Shown here in pieces: positions 15,979-22,841 of a stretch of DNA of 22,841 bases (its first letter is position 1; each line of letters starts with the position of its first letter). The position numbers and the translations under genes were made by a program. The notes beneath the pieces were generated by a model. It did not search any database and was not told the DNA's origin. It was given only the letters and a program-made list of their open reading frames with translations. Source of the DNA: Candidatus Methylomirabilota bacterium (GTDB taxonomy: Bacteria > Methylomirabilota > Methylomirabilia > Rokubacteriales > CSP1-6). The stretch is taken from the NCBI GenBank assembly GCA_046726415.1, contig JBKPAK010000082.1:1-22841 (forward strand), given 5' to 3'.

Positions 15979-18104
15979 TCTCGGCCTCCTCGTTCTCTTG
16001 ACGCCGTGGAGCCGCCGGGCGACGCGACCCCGTCAGTTCTCGCCGGGGCCCAGTCGCGCGCGGCGATCAGCTCGTAGAGGCGCTCCTGGGCCCGGATGAT
16101 CGGGCGTCCATCCGGGCGCCCCCGCTCGGTGGTGCCGTCCGGAAGGAAGCGCCGCGCCTTCACCGTGTCGGCGAGCTGGACCTCGAGGACCTCGTGGACC
16201 TGGGCCTGCAACAGGGGATCCAGCACCGGAAAAGCCACCTCCACGCGGTGGTCGAGGTTGCGCGGCATCCAGTCGCCCGAGGAGAGCCAGTACTCTGGCT
16301 GACCGTCGTTCTGGAAGTAGAAGATGCGGGCGTGCTCCAGGTAACGGTCGACGATGGAGATGGCGCGAATCCGGTCCGAGAGCCCGGGCACGCCCGGCCG
16401 CAAGCAACAGATCCCCCGCACGATGAGGTCGATTTCCACCCCGGCCTGGCTGGCCGCGTACAGCTCCTCGATGACGGCCGGGTCCACCAGGCTATTCATC
16501 TTGGCAATGAGGCGCGCCGGCCGGCCCGCCCGCGCGTGGTCCGTCTCGCGCCGGATCCGCTCCACCATTCCGTCCCGCATGTCGGTGGGCGCCACGAGCA
16601 GGTGATTGAAGGCCGGCGGCTGGGTGTAGCCGGTCAAGAGATTGAACAGCTCGGTCAGATCCTCGCCAATCGACTCGCGGCTGGTGAACAGGCCGAGATC
16701 GGTGTAGATGCTGGCCGTGCGGATGTTGTAGTTGCCGGTGGAGAGATGGCAGTAGCGTCGGATCCCATCGACATCCTGCCGCACCACCAAGCACGCTTTG
16801 CAGTGCGTCTTGTAGCCGACCAGCCCGTACACCACATGGGCGCCCACTTCCTCCAGCGCGCGGGCCCAGCGGATATTGGCCTCCTCGTCGAAGCGGGCTC
16901 GCAACTCCACCAGGACGGCCACCTCCTTGCCGTTCTGCGCGGCGGAGGTGAGGGCCAGCGCGATAGGCGAGGTAGGACTCACGCGGTACAGGGTCGTCTT
17001 GATGGCCAGGACCCGAGGATCGGTCGACGCTTCGCGGACGAATCGGGTCACCGTGTCGAACGACTGATACGGGTGGTGGACGAGGATGTCTCCCTTGCGG
17101 ATCGCGCTCCACATGTCTGGCCCCGTCTCGAAGGCGCGCACGGGCAACGGGGGGTGTGGACGCTCCTTGAGCCGCGGGATGTCCAGGGCGGCGTAGAGCT
17201 GGAAGAGGTCGGAGAAGGTCGTGAAGCCCTGGCCCTCGTAGAGATCCGAGGGCTGCAGCTCCAGCTCGTCGAGCAGGGTCGACAGGGCGTCCGCGGGCAG
17301 ATCGGTGTCGTACTGCAGCCGCACCGCGGAGCCCATGAGCCGATCCTGCAGGCTCTCCTCGATGCTGGTGAGCAGATCCTCGGCTCGGCCCCGAGGAAGC
17401 TGCAGCTCGGCGTCGCGGGTGACGCGGATGGCGTGCGAGGACAAGATCTCGTAGCCGTGGTAGAGCCGCGGCAGGTGCAAGCGGATCACATCCTCCAGCA
17501 GCATGAACGAGTGCCTCCCCGGCGGATCGGGGAGGGCCACGAATCGGGGCACCACCTGGCTGGGGATGTGGACGACAGCGAGCGGCGTCGTGGGCAGGGA
17601 CGACGGCGCCAATCGACGGATGGAGGCGAGCACGCACAGGGATCGGTTGCCCAGGTACGGAAAGGGATGGCCCGGATCGACGGCGAGCGGCGTGAGGACC
17701 GGCAGGAGCGTGCGGCGGAAGTAGTCATCCAGGAACCGATGCTGGGCCTCGTTGATGTCCTTGGGCCGCAGGATGTGGACGCCCTCGGCGGCCAGCAGAG
17801 GCTGGATCTCCTCCAGGAAGACCCGGTGCTGGAGGGCGGCCAGCTCGTGCACCGTGGCGGAAACGGCGGCGAGGGTCTCCGCGGCGTTCATCCCGTCCGG
17901 TCCCACCGTCAGGTCGCCGGCGTGGAGCTGCCGCTTGAGTCCGGCCATGCGGACCATGAAGAATTCGTCGAGGTTTGAGCTGAAAATGGCCAGGAACTTC
18001 ACGCGCTCGAGCAAGGGCACCGTGGGATCCTGGGCTTCCTCCAGCACCCGGCGATTGAACTCGAGCCAGGAGAGCTCGCGATTGACGAAGCGATCGTTGG
18101 TCAT
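15975..18104 (-). CDS. ppk1: Polyphosphate kinase 1
   Basis: NRELSWLEFNRRVL, SNLDEFFMVR, HPFP, HHPYQSF, ELRARFDE, phospho-His KTHCK, STGNYN, KMNSL, RYLEHAR, DWMPRNL. Confidence 0.97.
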   Translation of the reverse strand: MTNDRFVNRELSWLEFNRRVLEEAQDPTVPLLERVKFLAIFSSNLDEFFMVRMAGLKRQLHAGDLTVGPDGMNAAETLAAVSATVHELAALQHRVFLEEIQPLLAAEGVHILRPKDINEAQHRFLDDYFRRTLLPVLTPLAVDPGHPFPYLGNRSLCVLASIRRLAPSSLPTTPLAVVHIPSQVVPRFVALPDPPGRHSFMLLEDVIRLHLPRLYHGYEILSSHAIRVTRDAELQLPRGRAEDLLTSIEESLQDRLMGSAVRLQYDTDLPADALSTLLDELELQPSDLYEGQGFTTFSDLFQLYAALDIPRLKERPHPPLPVRAFETGPDMWSAIRKGDILVHHPYQSFDTVTRFVREASTDPRVLAIKTTLYRVSPTSPIALALTSAAQNGKEVAVLVELRARFDEEANIRWARALEEVGAHVVYGLVGYKTHCKACLVVRQDVDGIRRYCHLSTGNYNIRTASIYTDLGLFTSRESIGEDLTELFNLLTGYTQPPAFNHLLVAPTDMRDGMVERIRRETDHARAGRPARLIAKMNSLVDPAVIEELYAASQAGVEIDLIVRGICCLRPGVPGLSDRIRAISIVDRYLEHARIFYFQNDGQPEYWLSSGDWMPRNLDHRVEVAFPVLDPLLQAQVHEVLEVQLADTVKARRFLPDGTTERGRPDGRPIIRAQERLYELIAARDWAPARTDGVASPGGSTASRERGGRE

Positions 18105-18107
18105 GGC

Positions 18108-19025
18108 TCAGAGATCCTTGGTGAAGGTTTCGCGGAGGAGCAGTCCGTCGGCCACGCCGCGCGTGCACACGACGAGGGCCTCGTAACCGCCGAGGGTCAT
18201 CAGTTCCTCGATGACGATGACGCCGCCCACGATGATGTCGGCGCGCTCGGCCCGAAGTCCGCGGATCTTGCGCCGCTTCCGCTCGGGCCTGGCGGCCAGC
18301 CGCTCGCGCACCGCGGTCACGTCGGAGGGGAAGAGGTGCAGCCCATGGCGCTCCTTGCGGCGGCTGCGGGCGGCGGCCAGGTGGATGCTGGCCATCGTCC
18401 GCACCGTCCCACCCATGCCGATGAGCAGCTCGCCGCGCTTCGTGGACGGCAGGGTGTCGAGCAGTTGCTCGCGGACCTCCCGCCGCAGGCGGCGCAGCTC
18501 CTTCGAGGTGGGCGGGTCGTGCTTCAGGAACCGGCGGGTGACGCGCACGGCTCCCAATGGCAGGCTACTGGTCGCCAGGATCTCCCCGCGCCGCACGCGG
18601 GTGACTTGCAGGCTACCTCCCCCGAGGTCCGCGACGGCGCCATCACTGATAGGTAGGCTGCGCAGGGCGGCAATGACCCCCAGCCGGGCCTCCTGCCGTC
18701 CGGTGAGGATCTCGACCCCCACCCCTTCCTTGCGCTGGAGGGGACCGAGCAGGCGGGCACTGTTCTTGGCGTCACGGACCGCCGCGGTGGCCACCGCGAT
18801 CACGCGAGGCTCCGCTCCGTTGCGCACCTCGCGAAGGAAGCGGTGCGCGCCGCGGAGCACGGCCTTGACTCCCTTGCGAGGGAGCGTTCCCGGCTTTCCC
18901 CCCGCCAGTCGAGTGACCACCCGCTGCCGTTGAAGCACGCGGTAACCGGAGCCAGGAGCAATACGGGCGAGGACGAAGCGAGCGGCGTTGGAGCCGATGT
19001 CGAGCAGCGCCACCAGCTCCGCCAC
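18108..19025 (-). CDS. ppx: Ppx/GppA family exopolyphosphatase, short form without the C-terminal HD domain
   Basis: DIGSNA, ATAAVRDAKN, GRQEARLG, DLGGGS, LPLGAVR, GMGGT, RADII. Confidence 0.9.
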   Translation of the reverse strand: MAELVALLDIGSNAARFVLARIAPGSGYRVLQRQRVVTRLAGGKPGTLPRKGVKAVLRGAHRFLREVRNGAEPRVIAVATAAVRDAKNSARLLGPLQRKEGVGVEILTGRQEARLGVIAALRSLPISDGAVADLGGGSLQVTRVRRGEILATSSLPLGAVRVTRRFLKHDPPTSKELRRLRREVREQLLDTLPSTKRGELLIGMGGTVRTMASIHLAAARSRRKERHGLHLFPSDVTAVRERLAARPERKRRKIRGLRAERADIIVGGVIVIEELMTLGGYEALVVCTRGVADGLLLRETFTKDL

Positions 19026-19028
19026 CCG

Positions 19029-19721
19029 TTATGCCTCGCGCCAGGCCGCCAATCCGCCCTCAATGCCCGCCTCGTTGGAGACAAGGGTGACGTCCGGATC
19101 CAGATCGATGGAGACTTTCTTGGCGTTGCCACCACCGATGTAGAGGTGGTCGAAGTTGGCCAGGACGCGCAGGGTTTTGATGGCCTTGCGCACGCGCTTG
19201 TTCCACTTCTTGTTGCCCACCCGCTTGCGCGCGGCGTTCCCGAGATGCTCGTCGTAGGTCTCGCCCCTCCGGAAGGGATGGTGGGACAGCTCGAGGTGTG
19301 GCGCGCGCCGGCCGTCCATGAAGAGCGCCGTCCCGAATCCCGTCCCGAGGGTGATGACGATCTCCATGCCGTGGCCCTTGATCACGGCCATCCCCTGCAT
19401 CTCGGCGTCGTTGAGCACCTTCACGGGCTTCCCGAGCTTGGCGCCCAGCGCCTCCGCCAGCTTGAACCCCTTCCAGTCGTCGTTGCCGAGGTTCGGCGCG
19501 GTGAGAACGGTCCCCTTGCGGACCACGCCAGGGAAGCCCACCGAGATGCGGTCGAACGGCGGCAGTGGCTCGACCAGTTCCGCCAAGGTCGCGACGATCT
19601 TGTCGGGCTTGGCGCCGACCGGCGTCGCCACGCGGACGCGGTCGACCGTCAACCTGCCATCCTCGTTCAGCACGGAGGCCTTCAGGTGCGAGCCGCCGAC
19701 ATCGATTGCGAGTGTCTTCAT
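19029..19721 (-). CDS. ROK-family sugar kinase, polyphosphate glucokinase-like
   Basis: IDVGGSHLK, GFPGVV, NDAEMQG, TLGTGFGTALF, LELSHH, YIGGGN; GAGG RBS before ATG 19721. Confidence 0.85.
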   Translation of the reverse strand: MKTLAIDVGGSHLKASVLNEDGRLTVDRVRVATPVGAKPDKIVATLAELVEPLPPFDRISVGFPGVVRKGTVLTAPNLGNDDWKGFKLAEALGAKLGKPVKVLNDAEMQGMAVIKGHGMEIVITLGTGFGTALFMDGRRAPHLELSHHPFRRGETYDEHLGNAARKRVGNKKWNKRVRKAIKTLRVLANFDHLYIGGGNAKKVSIDLDPDVTLVSNEAGIEGGLAAWREA

Positions 19722-19756
19722 AGATTCCTCGCCTTCCTGGATTCTCGCCCGGTCCC

Positions 19757-20245
19757 TTAGCCCAGCGCGCGCAAGATTCGTGGACGCGTGAACCACTCGA
19801 GCCGGCCGCCCTCCGGGAGCGCGCCTGGGACGTCGAGATGGGCCACGCCGCCCTTCCGGAACGCGAACCGCTCGGTGGCCCCACTCCCCAGGAGCCGCGC
19901 CAGCAGCGACGAGAGGGTCGGCTCGTGCCCGACGATGGCCACGTGCTGATCAGGCGCGTGCTGCGCGAGCACGGCCAGGATCTGGTCGACGCCGCCCTCG
20001 GCGAGGACGGCCTCGCTGGTTGGCGTGATCCCTCCCCAAGCCTCGGCGGCAATTTCCGCCGTCTCCACGGCACGCGGCAACGGGCTCGTCAGCAGAACGT
20101 CCGGGCGCTCGCAGATTTCGGCGAGGCCTCGCGCGACGTCCTGGAAACGGCGCCGGCCCTTCCTGGTCAGCGGGCGCTCGCCGTCCGAGATCCCCGGGGT
20201 TCCCGACGGGACAGCAATGCCGTGACGGATGATAGTGAGCTTCAT
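19757..20245 (-). CDS. sixA: Phosphohistidine phosphatase SixA
   Basis: IIRHG, RPLT..G, TSPLPRAVETA, VGHEP, FRKGG; alternative ATG at 20263. Confidence 0.88.
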   Translation of the reverse strand: MKLTIIRHGIAVPSGTPGISDGERPLTRKGRRRFQDVARGLAEICERPDVLLTSPLPRAVETAEIAAEAWGGITPTSEAVLAEGGVDQILAVLAQHAPDQHVAIVGHEPTLSSLLARLLGSGATERFAFRKGGVAHLDVPGALPEGGRLEWFTRPRILRALG

Positions 20246-20266
20246 TCGGGATTTCCACTCCATGAG

Positions 20267-20339
20267 ATGGGGGGCCTCGACAGGCCCCCCCCAGCCCCCC
20301 GCGCTCGGCGCGCCCCGGCAACCGTGGCGCGCCTCGATT
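20267..20339. repeat. Two-hairpin interspersed element, copy A
   Basis: Hairpin 1 GGGGGGCCT..AGGCCCCCC; hairpin 2 GGCGCGCC-C-CGG-CAA-CCG-T-GGCGCGCC; same layout as 22609-22681. Confidence 0.75.
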
Positions 20340-20394
20340 CTGCATGTTTTGGGAGGCCTGACTGGCCCCCGAGCTCCTCGATTTCAGGTCTCTT

Positions 20395-20400
20395 ACTATA
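20395..20400 (-). promoter_or_regulatory. Possible -10 (TATAGT) upstream of the sixA-ppk1 run
   Basis: AT-rich hexamer in the intergenic gap; no clear -35. Confidence 0.35.
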
Positions 20401-20438
20401 GCCGATGAGCCCTGTCGGCCTCACGCCGCCGCGATACG

Positions 20439-21620
20439 TCACGCCATGGGATCAGCCCCCGGGACGCCGAGCAGAAACTGGCCGTGATTCTCGTAGCTCA
20501 TATCGCTCACCATGAAGTGCTGGGCGGCCGCGTTCATGTCTCGCCAGCAGCGCTGAAGGACGTGTGAGAGGAAGAGCGCTCGCCCGCCGGCGTAGCGGAA
20601 GGCGCTCTCGGTCACGTCGAGCGCCACCTCCGTGGCGAAAATGGCCACACTCCGCATCTCGGACTGCAGTCGCGGCGTGACCGCGGCCCCTGAGCGGACG
20701 GTCCCCCACGCCGCTTCGTAGATCTCGATGGCCAGCGCGCGAGCGGCCCGCAGCCGGAGGTCGCCCTGGGCGATGGCGCGCTGCACCGTCGGGCGCCCGG
20801 CCAGGAACGAGACCTTGAATCCGCGTTGCGTCGTCCCCGCGATCTCGATCAACGCGTCGAGCGCGCGGCGCCCGAGCCCGATGGCGAAGGCGGCATGTTC
20901 GTTGGCGACGAAGCCGGGGAGGCCCAGGCTGTAGAGGGGCCCCCCGCGGCGGGGCCGCGCGAGGTCGGGGTCCCATGCGAAGGCGTCGGGGACGAACAGA
21001 TCGGTGACTGAGAAATCGCAGCTCCCCGTGGCCTGGAGCCCGGCCACCTGCCAGTTGTCGTGAATCTGTGCGGACGCCGCAGGGAAGACGAACGTGAGCT
21101 TCCTGAGGTTTTCTTCACCACCCCCGAACCGTCGGGCGCTCGCCAGGATCCATTGCGAGTGGCGGATCCCGCTGGCAAACGCCCACCGCCCGTTGACGCG
21201 GTAGCCTCCGGCCACGCGAATGGCCTGCCCCGTGGGCATGAAGACCCCGGCAGCGCGGGGCGGACGACTGTCCTCGAACATCTGTGCGATAGCGTCGTCG
21301 GGCAGGAAGGCTCCCGGCAACGCGAGGGAGGTCGCGCCAACCATCATGCACCACGCCGTCGACGCGTCGATGTTGGCCATGGCCTCGATGATCTCGAACT
21401 GCGTCACCGGGTCGGCCTCAGCGCCCCCCAGCACTTCCGGCAGCTTCAGGGCCAAGAGTCCGGCCTCGTCGAGAGCGTCCACGGTGGCGAGGGGAAGCGT
21501 CGCCGCGGCCTCTGCGGCTACGGTGTCCAGCACCGCCACCGGCCGAACGCGTTCGACCGCCTCGAGGAGCGCTTGTCGCTTCTTGTCGCGCGCCGCTGGG
21601 AACGAGGCGAGCCGCGTCAG
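20439..21620 (-). CDS. Acyl-CoA dehydrogenase-fold flavin-dependent hydroxylase (HsaA/IacA-like), probable CTG start
   Basis: EAGLLALKLPEVLGG, DASTAW, GGYRVNGRWAFASG, DNWQVAGLQATGS, LQRCWRD...QH. The ORF-track N-terminal 156 aa overlap the HugZ-like gene and are not credible. Confidence 0.82.
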   Translation of the reverse strand: MTRLASFPAARDKKRQALLEAVERVRPVAVLDTVAAEAAATLPLATVDALDEAGLLALKLPEVLGGAEADPVTQFEIIEAMANIDASTAWCMMVGATSLALPGAFLPDDAIAQMFEDSRPPRAAGVFMPTGQAIRVAGGYRVNGRWAFASGIRHSQWILASARRFGGGEENLRKLTFVFPAASAQIHDNWQVAGLQATGSCDFSVTDLFVPDAFAWDPDLARPRRGGPLYSLGLPGFVANEHAAFAIGLGRRALDALIEIAGTTQRGFKVSFLAGRPTVQRAIAQGDLRLRAARALAIEIYEAAWGTVRSGAAVTPRLQSEMRSVAIFATEVALDVTESAFRYAGGRALFLSHVLQRCWRDMNAAAQHFMVSDMSYENHGQFLLGVPGADPMA

Positions 21621-22414
21621 CCGGCCACTCCGAGGCGCAGGCGCGCTTCGCGCAGCATCTCGATGAGGACCGCGCGGGCGTCGCCCGCCGTCGTAACCTC
21701 GCGAGGGAAGGCGAGCCGGACGCCGTGCAATCGCTCGCCGGCACGCAGGCGAAGCTTGAAGCCCAAGCGGTCGACGGCCGTCATGGTCGCCTCGTCGGCG
21801 GGCTCGCCGGCGAAGGCGCGCGCGTAGGCCACCAGGGCATCGGCGTGGTCGGCGTTCATGTGTTCCACGATGCCGGTCGCCGCATCGGCGAGCGGATCGG
21901 GGGCGGCGGCCAGATACGTCTCGCGGCTCACCCAGTCCATGGCGGCGAAGCCGCCGACGAAGTAGACATCCATCAGGTCGAGTCGCCAGAACGCGAAGTC
22001 CTCGAAGTCGACCCAGAAACGCGCCGCCTCGTGCCACGCGAGATACGCGGCACGACCGGCCTCGACATCGGCGGGCTCCAGCCGGCACGCCGCTCCCATC
22101 AGCGTGACCCGGCCGGCGGCGAGGGGATCACCTTCCCAAGCCGGCTGCGTGACGAGGAGGCTGGCCCGCGGATCGGCCGAGAGGTTGTGCGTGTGCATGG
22201 CCATGGTGCTGATGAGAAAGAGCGGCCGGCCATGACCGTCGAGCGCGTACGGCATGACCGAGGCGAAGGGGTGTCCGGGATGCCGGCGCGAGATGGTGGC
22301 CAGCGTTCCCGTACGGCCCAGATGCACGAGCGTTCGCGCCCGCTCGGCATACGTGGGCTCGGGAACCGGAGTCACTTCCCCAACGGGAGACGGCCCTGCG
22401 TGGCGGTTCGTCAT
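21617..22414 (-). CDS. HugZ/PNPOx-like split-barrel protein with C-terminal DUF2470
   Basis: GTLATIS, GHPFASVMPY, ISTMAMHTHNL..DPRASL, RVTLMG, DFEDF, FVGGF, HMNADH, VDRLG. Confidence 0.9.
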   Translation of the reverse strand: MTNRHAGPSPVGEVTPVPEPTYAERARTLVHLGRTGTLATISRRHPGHPFASVMPYALDGHGRPLFLISTMAMHTHNLSADPRASLLVTQPAWEGDPLAAGRVTLMGAACRLEPADVEAGRAAYLAWHEAARFWVDFEDFAFWRLDLMDVYFVGGFAAMDWVSRETYLAAAPDPLADAATGIVEHMNADHADALVAYARAFAGEPADEATMTAVDRLGFKLRLRAGERLHGVRLAFPREVTTAGDARAVLIEMLREARLRLGVAG

Positions 22415-22417
22415 GGC

Positions 22418-22600
22418 TCAGAACAGGGTGTAGATGAAGGGAGCGATGGCCGTGGACTGAGCGAAGACCATGAGGATGCCCAGCAGGAGCAAGACCATCA
22501 CCATCGGCATCATCCACCAGAGCTTGCGCGCCCACAGGAACTGCAGAAGCTCCCCCATGATCCCCACGCGCCGGGCGGCTCCCCGGATGGCCTTAGACAT
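22418..22600 (-). CDS. DUF5989-family small membrane protein
   Basis: ELLQFLWARKLWWMMP-hydrophobic-APFIYTLF signature. Confidence 0.85.
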   Translation of the reverse strand: MSKAIRGAARRVGIMGELLQFLWARKLWWMMPMVMVLLLLGILMVFAQSTAIAPFIYTLF

Positions 22601-22608
22601 CTACTTAC

Positions 22609-22681
22609 ATGGGGGCCCCGAAATGGCCCCCATACCCCCAACGCTCGGGGTGGCCCGGCAAAGCCGTGCCACCCCTCGATT
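22609..22681. repeat. Two-hairpin interspersed element, copy B
   Basis: Hairpin 1 ATGGGGGCC..GGCCCCCAT; hairpin 2 GGGGTGGC-C-CGGC-AAA-GCCG-T-GCCACCCC. Confidence 0.75.
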
Positions 22682-22841
22682 GCCCGCGGTGGCTCGGCAA
22701 AGGCGTGCCGGCCCTCGATCGCTCGCGGTGGCTCGGCAAAGGCGTGCCGGCCCTCGATTGCCCGCGGTGGCGCGGCAAAGCCGTGCCGGCCCTCGATCGC
22801 TCGCGGTGGCGCGGCAAAGCCGTGCCGGCCCTCGATCGCTC
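22643..22841. repeat. 39-bp tandem array, 5 full units plus a partial unit, running off the window end
   Basis: Units start at 22643, 22682, 22721, 22760, 22799 and 22838; consensus GCYCGCGGTGGCNCGGCAAAGSCGTGCCGGCCCTCGATY; no spacers. Confidence 0.93.

Noticed and set aside
54-17978. Long antisense and alternate-frame ORFs (e.g. 54..1277, 2273..3343, 9396..11618, 14510..15763, 16194..17978)
   Set aside because: Shadows of well-supported genes in high-GC DNA; no recognisable motifs.
21621-22088. 156-aa N-terminal extension of the hydroxylase ORF
   Set aside because: Arg-rich alternate-frame read-through of the HugZ-like gene.
22605-22817. 70-aa repetitive ORF
   Set aside because: It is simply the translation of the 39-bp repeat and hairpin element; no independent coding evidence.
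22643-22841. CRISPR or other guide-RNA array
   Set aside because: Units are contiguous near-identical 39-mers with no unique spacers, and there is no cas-like gene in the window.

Overview
Very GC-rich, gene-dense bacterial chromosomal segment. Gene style and repeats suggest an uncultured soil lineage such as Ca. Rokubacteria (inference only). About 23 intact genes plus two decayed ones, mostly on the minus strand. Left part: 3-hydroxybutyryl-CoA dehydrogenase, a secreted hypothetical, a collapsed thiolase relic, apt, enoyl-CoA hydratase, rhodanese, alpha/beta hydrolase, DUF72, an internally deleted class III nucleotide cyclase, TPR protein, Zn-ribbon protein and SLT lytic transglycosylase. 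Middle: a PhnZ/TmpB-like HD diiron oxygenase plus PAL-like NHL propeller, divergent from an orphan form-II CoxL-like molybdoenzyme, then NUDIX and a compact DinG/XPD-type helicase. Right: a sixA-ROK(ppgK-like)-ppx-ppk1-ethD-tcuA run, a flavin-dependent hydroxylase apparently starting at CTG, a HugZ-like protein and DUF5989. The most notable non-coding signals are (i) a two-hairpin interspersed element with covarying stems just upstream of start codons, whose second hairpin is amplified into a 39-bp tandem array at the window end; (ii) an ~86-bp palindromic insert read in frame inside the HD oxygenase; (iii) a highly structured 220-bp intergenic region; (iv) repeated leaderless-type -10 promoters; and (v) a 22-bp AT-rich palindrome over the helicase start. 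No CRISPR array, tRNA, rRNA or transposase was seen.
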